This document shows positions 37,636 through 46,752 of a stretch of 60,445 nt of DNA, one piece after another. The notes under the pieces are model-generated. The model was not told the DNA's origin. It worked only from the letters and a program-made list of their open reading frames with translations, and did no database searches. Made by a program: the position numbers and the translations under genes. Numbering within the stretch: the stretch's first letter is position 1; each line of letters opens with the position of its first letter. Origin of the DNA: Patescibacteria group bacterium (GTDB lineage: Bacteria > Patescibacteriota > Patescibacteriia > JAXHNJ01); the NCBI GenBank assembly GCA_043812155.1, contig JBDRMK010000009.1:1-60445 (forward strand). Reading direction: 5' to 3'.

Positions 37636-38007
37636 TCAGAGGCGGCGCAGATTGCCGCCGTCGGCTTGGAACCTTATAACCGCTTCCTTGACCGCCTCAA
37701 TGCGTCTGCCGGACCAGCCTTCGTCTTTTGTCAGATGGCGGGCAATCTCGGCCCCATCCAGCAGGCACGGGTTGGCCAAACAGAAATCACAAAGCGAAAA
37801 GCTGGCTTGTCTCGGCGGCTCGTCATTCTGGGGTTTATACAAAATCATTCCGCCTTTTTTCCCCCACCAGGTATCGCCGCAGCCGGGGCATATTCCCCAG
37901 CCGTTCAGCTTTCCGATAATGTTGCGAAGACAGCGAAAACCGTTGCTGAGGACATACAGCACAAAAAGCCCGTAGACAAGCAATAGCATGCCAAGAATCC
38001 TGTTCAT
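37636..38007 (-). CDS. membrane-anchored hypothetical protein with CxxC...CxxC
   Basis: AGGAGG SD; N-terminal TM; CPGC and CDFC motifs. Confidence 0.65.
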   Translation of the reverse strand: MNRILGMLLLVYGLFVLYVLSNGFRCLRNIIGKLNGWGICPGCGDTWWGKKGGMILYKPQNDEPPRQASFSLCDFCLANPCLLDGAEIARHLTKDEGWSGRRIEAVKEAVIRFQADGGNLRRL

Positions 38008-38098
38008 GACCGCCTCCTGGTTAATGAACGTGATAAAAAAGATCAGTTAAAAATATTAGCATTTAAATTTTTCCAAGTCAATACCGGATATTTATAAA

Positions 38099-38134
38099 TA
38101 AAAAAATAGAGCCCGCAGCGGATGCCGCGAGCTC
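38099..38134 (-). terminator. intrinsic terminator of the mini transcription unit
   Basis: gagctcgcggc-atcc-gctgcgggctc-tatttttt on the minus strand; pairs fully only with G-U wobbles on this strand. Confidence 0.75.
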
Positions 38135-38149
38135 AAGGAGTGGGTCATA

Positions 38150-38224
38150 TCAGTTTAATATGATATGCGAAGGGGCGATATGGTGAAGCTTTTTACGGCT
38201 TCGTGAAGTGGAGATAACGTTCAT
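38150..38224 (-). CDS. putative 24-aa small peptide (or sRNA)
   Basis: AAGGGGAG SD, MNVISTSRSRKKLHHIAPSHIILN*; own promoter TTGACA-17-TAAGGT (38301-38329) and terminator. Confidence 0.4.
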   Translation of the reverse strand: MNVISTSRSRKKLHHIAPSHIILN

Positions 38225-38424
38225 AGATACTCCCCTTGGACGCACCGGGCAGGTTTGCCCATTTGGCGTCAGCTGAAAGGGAGGTTCTGCGAATACTAAC
38301 ACCTTATCATACCTTGTTTATCTTGTCAAGACCAACCCCTACTTCTTGACATATTAAAGAATTTATGCTAACTTTTACTGTCGTTCATTTTGCTCAGAAA
38401 CGATTCTTGAAACGGAGGAAAAAA

Positions 38425-38877
38425 ATGCTGCCACGTATCGGAACGCCTGAAGGCCAGAAAGGCTTTCTTTACCAGTTCGTGATTACCGGCACCAGAAATG
38501 GCAGATTTTCCGGTGAGAACGCTGATTTTTACCGGACGCTTTTTCCGGACATGGACCGCCGGGGCAAGGTACCCTTAGGGTTTCTACTGCCAAAAAGACT
38601 GAATGTCCGTCAAAATTTCCTTCTGGCCGTCTGCGAGGAGGAAACCAAGCCGGATAATCAGCTTCTTAAAAGAATCCGCCATTGCTTTGAGCAGCCGAGC
38701 GTGCCGAAATCCGGCAGGATTCTCGTTCATTTCGACGCCAATTCCATTGACCGGCCGATGCTGGTTAAAATTCTTCGGCTTCTCGAAGAGCTCAACGAGC
38801 CGTACCGAAGCCTCGGAATCTATTTTTACCTTGATCAGGAGGTTGATATCGGTTCCCTGGGAATATGTGAAATATAA
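38425..38877 (+). CDS. hypothetical protein
   Basis: GGAGG SD before ATG 38425, TTGACA promoter near 38346, terminator at 38888-38912. Confidence 0.65.
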   Translation: MLPRIGTPEGQKGFLYQFVITGTRNGRFSGENADFYRTLFPDMDRRGKVPLGFLLPKRLNVRQNFLLAVCEEETKPDNQLLKRIRHCFEQPSVPKSGRILVHFDANSIDRPMLVKILRLLEELNEPYRSLGIYFYLDQEVDIGSLGICEI

Positions 38878-39163
38878 ATTTAGCGCGAAGCGGCCCCTTG
38901 GGTCGCTTTTTTCATCTTTAAAAAATCCGGCTTCCGTCGGATGTTTAATAATGATTTAGGTGAGATTTTTCGTTTCACTCTGAATTACAAATATAGGCGG
39001 TTTTTATATTTTGGTATTTTCCTCCAGAGGCGGATCAGCCTCTGGCTGAGGATTTAAATATTGTTTTGTGCTTAGGATTTTGAGCTTTGTGCTTCACAAA
39101 ATAGCCCTAAGACCAAACCTTAGGACTTAACCAGCGGCCATACCCAAAACCATACCAGCAAAG

Positions 39164-40921
39164 CTATATAAACCCTCCCGCCTGAAGCTGCCAGAGATTT
39201 TTATAGATGCCGCCCGGTTTTCTGATCAATTGATTATGCGTCCCCTCTTCCGCGATCTTGCCCTGGTCTATCACAATGATCCGGTCCATTTTTTTAATGG
39301 TGGAAAGACGGTGGGCAATGGCCAGTACGGTTTTATTTTTCATCAATTTATCCAAAGCGTCCTGGATCAGTCGCTCTGATTCAGAATCCAAAGATGAAGT
39401 CGCTTCGTCCAAAACCAGAATCGGCGCGTTATAAAGAATCGCCCGGGCAATGGCCACCCGCTGGCGCTCGCCGCTTGACAGCTTGATGCCCCTCTCGCCG
39501 ACGTGAGTCATATAGCCTTCGGCCAGCTTCTCGATGAACTCATGGCAATGGGCTTTTTTCGCCGCCTCTATGACTTCGCTATCTTTGGCTTCCGGCCGGC
39601 CGTAGCGAATGTTATCCATTAAGCTCCGGTGGAACAAGATCGGATCCTGGGGCACCAGGCTGATCTGTCGGCGCAGGCTTTTTTGGCTGACGCGGCTGAT
39701 ATTCTGGTTATCAATAAGTATCTGTCCGGCCGTCACTTCATGCAGGCGGAGCAAAAGCTTGATCAGGGTTGTTTTGCCCGCGCCGGAAGGGCCGACAATG
39801 GCCAGTCTTTCGCGAGGCTTGACTTCCAAGCTGAAATCCTTTAAAACGGTCCGGGTTTGCTGGTAATTGAAATCAACGCGGTCAAAATTTAGGCGCGCTT
39901 CGGAAACGCGGAGATCTTTGGCTTTTGGCACGTCCGTGATTTCTACCGGTGTTTCCAAAATAACGGTCATTTCTTCCGCGTCCGCCAGGCTTTCATAGAT
40001 ATGGCGGATTATTTTGCCGAAATCCCAGATGCGGGCGAATATGTTAAGAAGATAGGTCTGGATCAGGACAAAATCGCCGATGGTCAAAACGCCCTTTTGC
40101 CATAAATCAATGGCTAAAAAGAAGATCCCGATCTCCAAGGCCGTCATAAGCAAACCCTGGACCGCCTCAAAAATATTGCCGTAATCCCAGGTCAGCTTGC
40201 GCAAACGCCTTAACTGTTCGTTGACCTGACTAAAACCAGAAACCTCGCGCTCATAGCCGTCAAAAAGCTTGATCGTGCTTTGGTTGGTTATGCTGTCGGC
40301 GATCACGGCCGTGGTCCGGGTTTCCGCTTCGCTTCTCGCCAGATCATATTTCAGCTTAAAACGGATAAAGACACTGTTGACGATAAGGAAAATCACGAGC
40401 CAAACCAAAAGACCCGCCCCCAAATAAAAATTCCGGCGGAAAAGGATGTAAATGATGATGGCGATGTTCACGAACAATGGGCCCAGATCCCAGAATAATT
40501 TGTCGGTAATGACCTCAAACGAGCGGCCGAACCATTTAACTTTTTTGACGAGCGAGCCGACGAAATTATCCGTGAAAAAACCGTATGAGTGCTTCTGCAG
40601 ATAGCCGAAGCAAAAATCAGTCAGATCCGCCATCACTTTGGACTGAAAATAGCTGGCGGAAAAAGTGCATAGCCGGTAAAAAAGCCATTGGCCAAAGCGC
40701 AGGATAGCGATGATGACGACCACGGAAATTAAACTCTTTGCTACACTGGAAATCATCTCTCCGCTGGTCATCAGGTCAACGAATTTTTTCAAATACAAAG
40801 GCACGACCACGTTGATCACCGCCGCGCCGATCACCCCGACGACGGTCAGAACAGCCGTTTTTTTATAATGTAAGCTGGCCCGCCAGTAATAGCCTAATGT
40901 TTTTCTGATGTTAAAACGCAT
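39164..40921 (-). CDS. ABC exporter, fused permease/ATP-binding (MdlB/MsbA-like)
   Basis: Six-TM N-terminal domain, GPSGAGKT, LSSGERQR, LVLDEATSSLD, AHRLST; no C39 peptidase domain. Confidence 0.93.
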   Translation of the reverse strand: MRFNIRKTLGYYWRASLHYKKTAVLTVVGVIGAAVINVVVPLYLKKFVDLMTSGEMISSVAKSLISVVVIIAILRFGQWLFYRLCTFSASYFQSKVMADLTDFCFGYLQKHSYGFFTDNFVGSLVKKVKWFGRSFEVITDKLFWDLGPLFVNIAIIIYILFRRNFYLGAGLLVWLVIFLIVNSVFIRFKLKYDLARSEAETRTTAVIADSITNQSTIKLFDGYEREVSGFSQVNEQLRRLRKLTWDYGNIFEAVQGLLMTALEIGIFFLAIDLWQKGVLTIGDFVLIQTYLLNIFARIWDFGKIIRHIYESLADAEEMTVILETPVEITDVPKAKDLRVSEARLNFDRVDFNYQQTRTVLKDFSLEVKPRERLAIVGPSGAGKTTLIKLLLRLHEVTAGQILIDNQNISRVSQKSLRRQISLVPQDPILFHRSLMDNIRYGRPEAKDSEVIEAAKKAHCHEFIEKLAEGYMTHVGERGIKLSSGERQRVAIARAILYNAPILVLDEATSSLDSESERLIQDALDKLMKNKTVLAIAHRLSTIKKMDRIIVIDQGKIAEEGTHNQLIRKPGGIYKNLWQLQAGGFI

Positions 40922-40950
40922 ATAATACTGTTAATTAGAACCAATGATTT

Positions 40951-41097
40951 AAAAAACCCCGCGTCGGCGGGATTATTCACGAAGAATAGGAGGCTTTATG
41001 ACAAATCACGCCGGTTTGAACCGGTTTATTTCTAAATATACTTGAATGACAAAATATTTCATATAGGCATTATAACCAAACTCTATAAATGAGTCAA
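40951..41097 (-). promoter_or_regulatory. leader-peptide transcription attenuator of the ABC exporter
   Basis: TTGACT-17-TATAAT promoter (41097-41069), leaderless 18-aa ORF 41062-41006, terminator aatcccgc-cgac-gcggggtttttt (40974-40951) before the ABC start. Confidence 0.65.
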
Positions 41098-41188
41098 ACT
41101 AGAGTCTAATTTTCTCTAATAGAAGCCAAAATCGGGCTTTTGCCGGATGGTTAAGAAAATTTGAAATCCGAACTTTATTTGTTGTTAC

Positions 41189-41272
41189 TGCCACCCCGAA
41201 CTTGATTCGGGGTCTCGGTAAAAAACCGAGCAACATTATTTAACGGGATTCCGGGTCGAGCCCGGAATGACA
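41189..41272. repeat. REP/RPE-like palindromic element
   Basis: tgccaccccgaacttgattcggggtct ... gggattccgggtcgagcccggaatgaca: two hairpins in inverted arrangement with an internal ctcggt/accgag stem. Confidence 0.65.
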
Positions 41273-41376
41273 AGAGTAGAATAAGTTTCGAATTTGGGAT
41301 TTAGAATTTCCAATAAAAAATAGACTGTACAACCAAGAGACGGCCAAATTCTTGCCCTGACAAAAAACTGAAAAAA

Positions 41377-42783
41377 TTAAGGAAGATACTGCGCCGGATC
41401 AACCGGAATCGGAATGCCGTTTTCATTGACTTTGCGCGCTTCAAAATGCAGATGAGCACCAGTAGAATAGAGTCCGGTACCTGCCATACCAGGTAATCCT
41501 CCGCTGGCACCAATTACCTGACCTTTAGTGACAAAATCGCCTTCTCCCACGCTGACCTGGCTTAAATGGCCGTACAAAGTGGAGAGCTCTTCATTATGGA
41601 CGATGCTAATGTAATTATATGCAGATCTTTTGCAACCTTTTGGATCTTTACATGTCTTCTCATCATAGGAATAAATAATCCAGTCTAATTTTCTGGCCAC
41701 GGCCACATAGCCGTCCGCGGCGGCATAAACAGGAGAACCTTGGGCCACGGCAATGTCTATGGCCGGATGCGGACCGAGCCATTTTTCATATGGATATCCT
41801 GAACAGTGAAAACCGCAGCTGACGATCCGCGAATTCACCGGCCAGATAAATACCCCGGAAAATTCGCCGTAATACTGCTCGCCTTTTTCCAGCATGAGCT
41901 TCTCACGCATCCTTTTTTCCAAAGATGAAACTTCGCCCCGGACAGCTAAGGCTTCTTTTTTGGCCGAATCTAAAAGGGCGGCGTATTGGCTCTCGCTGCT
42001 GGCTGTTTGATCCAAAAGAATATTTTGGTAATCAATCTGCTCGCTTAGGTCTGATTTTTTTGAAACTAACGTCTGGCGGGAGTCGTCAAGCTCCAATTTT
42101 TTGCCGGCCAGATCCTCTTTTGTTATTTCCAGATCATGCTTTAACTGGACGAATTTATCCAGGTCTTTTTTCACCTGGCTTTGGACATTGCTGATATATT
42201 TCACCTGGTTGAAAAAATCGGAAAAACTGTCGTTGAGCAAAGCGATCTCCAGATAAGACGTCTGCTCATTTTTGTACATGATTTGGACAAACTCGGCGAT
42301 CTGGCTTTTTTGCTGATTAATCTCTTCGACTTTTTCGTCAATTTTACCCTGCGCCTCTTCAATGGAAAGCATCAGACTTTCAATTTCCGTCTGTTTCTTG
42401 CTAATATCAAGATTGGTCAAGCTTATCTGATTATTAAGAATGTAAACTTCATTGCTTAAGCTGGCTTTTTCATTTTGCTTTTCTTTCAGATTTTCCTGGT
42501 AGATCTTTGATTGTTCGTTCAATTCATCGATTCTTTTCTTTTTCTCGTTTATCTCATTGGTCAGGTCCCCTACCGGCGCGTCGGCGGCCACGGCGGAATT
42601 AGTATTGGCATTGTCATTGACGCTGGTCTCGGGGTCAGCGTTTACATTATCGTTAATATTGTTGTTGCTGTTTGTTTCCTGGGCGACCAAGGGAAAAGCC
42701 ATAAGCAAAAAAACAGCCATTAACACAATGACTGTCGGCAATAAAAGTATTTTAGCTCGTATTTTATTTTTATTTTCCGTCAT
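41377..42783 (-). CDS. coiled-coil M23 peptidase (EnvC/murein hydrolase activator-like)
   Basis: Signal peptide, Asn-rich linker, long coiled coil, HPAIDI, YGHL, STGAHLHFE. Confidence 0.85.
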   Translation of the reverse strand: MTENKNKIRAKILLLPTVIVLMAVFLLMAFPLVAQETNSNNNINDNVNADPETSVNDNANTNSAVAADAPVGDLTNEINEKKKRIDELNEQSKIYQENLKEKQNEKASLSNEVYILNNQISLTNLDISKKQTEIESLMLSIEEAQGKIDEKVEEINQQKSQIAEFVQIMYKNEQTSYLEIALLNDSFSDFFNQVKYISNVQSQVKKDLDKFVQLKHDLEITKEDLAGKKLELDDSRQTLVSKKSDLSEQIDYQNILLDQTASSESQYAALLDSAKKEALAVRGEVSSLEKRMREKLMLEKGEQYYGEFSGVFIWPVNSRIVSCGFHCSGYPYEKWLGPHPAIDIAVAQGSPVYAAADGYVAVARKLDWIIYSYDEKTCKDPKGCKRSAYNYISIVHNEELSTLYGHLSQVSVGEGDFVTKGQVIGASGGLPGMAGTGLYSTGAHLHFEARKVNENGIPIPVDPAQYLP

Positions 42784-42841
42784 TTTTGCCTATTTTAGCC
42801 TTTCTTAAGCGCTTACCCATTATAGCAAAAAATAGCCGGTT

Positions 42842-44278
42842 TTACAAGTTCTTAAGCTTTTTGATCGCTTCTTCCAATTCGTTCAGTGATTTAACCGGTC
42901 CGAATATTTCCAGGATGTCGAAGACATCCGGCGAGGCCCGCTTGCCTGAGAGAGCCGTCCGCAAAGGCCACAAAAAATTATTGGTTTTTAAATTATTTTC
43001 CTTGATGAATTTCAAGAAATATTCCCTCAAGTATCCGGCTTTAAAGTCCGCCTCTTTTATCTTTTTAAGCTCTTGGGAAGCGGTTTTCAAATTTTTCAAA
43101 GTTTCCTCTTTTTGGCTTTTTGGCGGCACCAGGATCTCCGCCGGATAATCCCCTTTTTCAAAGACAAAATCGCAGAGGCTGTTGATCTGCTTTAAGGTGT
43201 TGATCCTTTCTTTGGCCATGGCCCAAAGTTTTACCGGATCAATTTTTTCTTTTTTTAAGGCGGCCAGATACGCAGGCAAAAGATAGCTTTCCCCGATCTT
43301 GGCCAATTCTTCCGAAGACATATTCCTGATATACAAACCATTGAGCCACAAGAGCTTGTCAATATTAAAGATCGCGCCGGCCTTATTCACGTTTTCCAGG
43401 GAAAAATCCCTGATCAGTTCTTTGCGCGAAAAGAATTCTTTTTCCGTTTTCGGATTCCAGCCTAAAAATGACAAAAAATTCAGCATCGCTTCCGGCAGAT
43501 AGCCGTCCTCAATATACTGCTGAACGGAAGTGGCCCCATGGCGCTTGGAAAGTTTTTTCTTGTCATGGCCTAAGATCATGGGCAAATGGGCGAATTGCGG
43601 CCGCGGCCAGCCGAATGCCTCGTAAAGCTGGATATGCTTCGGGGTGGAAGGCAGCCATTCTTCCGCCCGGATGACATGAGTGATGCCCATCAGATGATCG
43701 TCAATCACCACGGCCAAATGGTAAGTGGGAAAGCCATCGGATTTCAAAAGCACGGAATCATCAAGATTCTGGTTCTCAAAGCTGACCTGGCCCCGGATAA
43801 GGTCCGTGAATTCGGTATCGCCTTGCGGATCGATGTTCTGACGGATGACATAGGGCTCACCATTCTTTATTTTTTGTTCGATCTCTTCTTTAGACAGGCT
43901 CAAACAGCATTTGTCATAGCGCGGCGGCTGCTTGGTTTCCGCCTGCTCGATCCTCATTTTTTCCAAACGCTCTTTGGAGCAAAAGCAGTAATAAGCGTCA
44001 TGGCTTTCGATGAGCTTCATCACGTATTCTTTGTAGATGGCCAGGCGTTCGGACTGGAAGATCGGGCCTTCATCCCAGGACAATCCCAGCCATTTTAAGG
44101 CCTCGGTGATCCCGCTAACGCTTGATTCCCGGAATCTTTCCCGGTCAGTGTCCTCAACCCTTAAAATAAACTGGCCGCCTTTATTTTTGGCGAATAACCA
44201 GTTAAAAAGCGCCGTGCGCAGGCCTCCAACATGAAGGTCGCCGGTGGGTGATGGCGCGAATCGGACCTTGACGCTCAT
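42842..44278 (-). CDS. gltX: glutamate--tRNA ligase
   Basis: RFAPSPTGDLHVGG (HIGH) and KLSKR (KMSKS). Confidence 0.97.
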   Translation of the reverse strand: MSVKVRFAPSPTGDLHVGGLRTALFNWLFAKNKGGQFILRVEDTDRERFRESSVSGITEALKWLGLSWDEGPIFQSERLAIYKEYVMKLIESHDAYYCFCSKERLEKMRIEQAETKQPPRYDKCCLSLSKEEIEQKIKNGEPYVIRQNIDPQGDTEFTDLIRGQVSFENQNLDDSVLLKSDGFPTYHLAVVIDDHLMGITHVIRAEEWLPSTPKHIQLYEAFGWPRPQFAHLPMILGHDKKKLSKRHGATSVQQYIEDGYLPEAMLNFLSFLGWNPKTEKEFFSRKELIRDFSLENVNKAGAIFNIDKLLWLNGLYIRNMSSEELAKIGESYLLPAYLAALKKEKIDPVKLWAMAKERINTLKQINSLCDFVFEKGDYPAEILVPPKSQKEETLKNLKTASQELKKIKEADFKAGYLREYFLKFIKENNLKTNNFLWPLRTALSGKRASPDVFDILEIFGPVKSLNELEEAIKKLKNL

Positions 44279-45414
44279 AGTTTTTTCAATAAATTAATAA
44301 TTTCAAAAACGACTCCGGTGACAAAGATCAGGATGTAGAAATATTTGGCGAATGTCGGCAGCCAAAATTTATAGGCGAACCGTCCGTCGCATTGTTTTTT
44401 TGCCCTCAGGCAAATGAGAAAGATAATGATCCCTTCTATGCCCATCAAAAAGGCGCCGGTCACCCCGATAATATTGATAAAGCTTTTTAAACCCAGCAAA
44501 TACAGGGCCAGCGGGATGAACATGGCGAAAAACCAGGAATAGTTTTTCGGGATCCCGTAATCAAAGGTCATAATCTTCTTTAAGACCAGGCCCAGAGTGA
44601 TAAACGAAGTGAAAGTGGCCAAAAATCCGAATATATAGCTGAACAGGATGATCTTATCCCCGAGCAAACCCTTAAGCCCGCTGACCGCATCCGTTGATGT
44701 TTGATTGCCGGTGATGCCTAAGACCAAGATAATGAAGGAGAGATAAAAAATCGCCGAGATTATCACACCCCAGATTATTACCCCTTTCATCCGTTTCTCT
44801 TCGCCTTTTAAGATGTCCTTTATTTCCGGGATCACGGAAAGCCCCCAGAGGGCGAAGGTAAGCACGCCAAAAGGAAGAAAAATATTACTGGAAGGCAATT
44901 TTAGGTTTTCCCAGGAAATGTGATGATAACCGGAAATCGTAAACAAGATCACCAACAAAAAAAACAAGGCGAGCATGATTATTTCCACTCGGGCGATTGT
45001 TCTTGCGTCACGAAAGACCAAAAAAGCGCCGAAAGCGAAGTACATGAGCACGTATAAGATTATCGGGCCGCCGATCAAAGGGTTAAAAAGCCCGTGCAAA
45101 AATTGGCCGCCGATTATCAGATATGAAAGAAGGGTGCCGATTAAGCCGAATGAAATGGAAAAAAATACGATATGCTTGGCCTTTTTGCCTAAATATTTTT
45201 CCGCGTAAACCGGCAAGCGGTGAGAGCCGTCGGTGGCGGTGACCACCTGGCCGTAAAGAAGACCGGCCACCAGAATAGTCGAGCCGACAATGACAAAATA
45301 CAAAAGCATGACCCAAAAACCGCTTTGCGAAGCGACGTATGGCAGTCCGAAAAAACCTGAACCGATGATGGTCCCGGTAAAAGTGGCCAAAGCAAATATG
45401 GTTTTTTTACTCAT
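44275..45414 (-). CDS. aromatic amino acid permease family protein (Mtr/TyrP-like)
   Basis: GTIIGSGFFGLPY N-terminal motif; about 11 TMs. Confidence 0.8.
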   Translation of the reverse strand: MSKKTIFALATFTGTIIGSGFFGLPYVASQSGFWVMLLYFVIVGSTILVAGLLYGQVVTATDGSHRLPVYAEKYLGKKAKHIVFFSISFGLIGTLLSYLIIGGQFLHGLFNPLIGGPIILYVLMYFAFGAFLVFRDARTIARVEIIMLALFFLLVILFTISGYHHISWENLKLPSSNIFLPFGVLTFALWGLSVIPEIKDILKGEEKRMKGVIIWGVIISAIFYLSFIILVLGITGNQTSTDAVSGLKGLLGDKIILFSYIFGFLATFTSFITLGLVLKKIMTFDYGIPKNYSWFFAMFIPLALYLLGLKSFINIIGVTGAFLMGIEGIIIFLICLRAKKQCDGRFAYKFWLPTFAKYFYILIFVTGVVFEIINLLKKL

Positions 45415-46154
45415 TTATTTTTCTTTATTTTTAATATTTCAAGGCTGAAACGAAAGGTGGCGTTTATAATTCTCGGCCAGCGCCAGGGCTGCCGCCAGAG
45501 GCGAAAAAGCCATTCCAGTCCCAGCTGGCGCATTATTGCCGGCGCCCGCCTGACCTGGCCGGAAATATAATCAAAGGCCCCGCCCACGCCCATGCCGATT
45601 TTTACGCTGGTCAATTTTGGCAAATTATTATACAGCCATTTTTCCTGGCGAGGGGCCCCAAAGGCCACGAAAATAATATCCGGCTTGGCGCGTTTGATTT
45701 TTTCCCGTAATTTACCTTCGGGCAGACGCCAGCCCCAGGACCGGAAGCCGTTTTCAAAGCCCGCGATCTTTAAATTCGGAAATTTTGCCAAAAGTTTTTC
45801 CGCAGTTTTTTCCGGCACTCTCCCCTGCCCGCCGAGCAGAAAAACGGAATGATTTTTTTCCGCGGCCAGCCGGCAGATCTTAAGCATCAGATCTATCCCG
45901 GCCATTCTCCGCTTCAATCTCTTTTTTAAATAACACGAAGCGAGCATCAGGCCGAAACCGTCCGGCAAAGCCAGATCGGAATTATTCAGGATTTTTTTAA
46001 ATTCCGGATCGTGCCCGGCCGCCAGAATGATTTCCGGATTGGGGGTAGTAATTAAATGTGGACGTCCGTTATGCAATAAAGATGCTAATTTTTCCGAAAT
46101 TTCTTCTTCATCAAGAGAATCAATTTCCACTCCTAAAATATTTACTTTTGACAT
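45411..46154 (-). CDS. WecB/TagA/CpsF family glycosyltransferase
   Basis: TPNPE, PDGFG, FGAPRQEKW, GVGGAFD, GLEWLFRL. Confidence 0.93.
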   Translation of the reverse strand: MSKVNILGVEIDSLDEEEISEKLASLLHNGRPHLITTPNPEIILAAGHDPEFKKILNNSDLALPDGFGLMLASCYLKKRLKRRMAGIDLMLKICRLAAEKNHSVFLLGGQGRVPEKTAEKLLAKFPNLKIAGFENGFRSWGWRLPEGKLREKIKRAKPDIIFVAFGAPRQEKWLYNNLPKLTSVKIGMGVGGAFDYISGQVRRAPAIMRQLGLEWLFRLWRQPWRWPRIINATFRFSLEILKIKKNK

Positions 46155-46687
46155 AAGGAAAATGATTGAATAATTTCATATCGCGAAGCCGGGAGGCTTT
46201 TCATCAATGAGAGGGCGGAAACTTGAAAACATCCGTTTATTTTCTTTTTTTCTAAATTAGTAATGTCTTCCGCTTCATTCCTTGCCCGGCCCAGGGTCAA
46301 ATGCGGGACAAATTTTCTTTTTTCCTCAAGGCCGATCGCCAAAATGCCGAATTCCTTTTTTACGGCCTCGAATAATCCCGTCAGCTCCGGTCTGTTTTTC
46401 ACCGTTAAGGCTAGAACCTTCGCTTCAGAAAGCGAGGGAAAAGCAGTAAAGCCATCAAATTCAAGAGAAAAAGGAGAAAACGAAGCGGCGATTCTAATGA
46501 GGATCTTTCGGCTTTCTTCGATCTCTTCCGGAGAAATATTGCCTAAGAATCTTAAAGTCAAATGAACGCTGCGGCCGTCCAAGAAACGGAAACTATTAAA
46601 ATCTTTTTTAAGGGACGAGATCAAAACCTCTAATTTTTCCCTCGCGGCCTGATCAAGATCTAAAGCCACAAAAGATCGGATGTTCAT
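46142..46687 (-). CDS. thpR: RNA 2',3'-cyclic phosphodiesterase
   Basis: Two HxT motifs: HLTLRFLG and PHLTLGR. Confidence 0.9.
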   Translation of the reverse strand: MNIRSFVALDLDQAAREKLEVLISSLKKDFNSFRFLDGRSVHLTLRFLGNISPEEIEESRKILIRIAASFSPFSLEFDGFTAFPSLSEAKVLALTVKNRPELTGLFEAVKKEFGILAIGLEEKRKFVPHLTLGRARNEAEDITNLEKKKINGCFQVSALSLMKSLPASRYEIIQSFSLCQK

Positions 46688-46752
46688 GACCTAATTATAA
46701 CAGATTTTGCCGGTTTTTTCAAACCCGGCTTGAAGTGCTATAATAAAAACTC

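Noticed and set aside
38238-38275. c-di-GMP-I riboswitch suggested by GGGCAAACC
   Set aside because: The GNRA-capped P2 and the following GACGCAAAG..P3 elements are not present in the required order; it is only a local hairpin.
39164-40921. ABC transporter as dedicated exporter/peptidase of the RiPP
   Set aside because: It has no C39 peptidase domain, lies more than 7 kb away and has its own attenuator.
20502-41310. Prophage or ICE
   Set aside because: No terminase, capsid, tail, relaxase or T4SS genes were recognised; the region is a mosaic of independent units.
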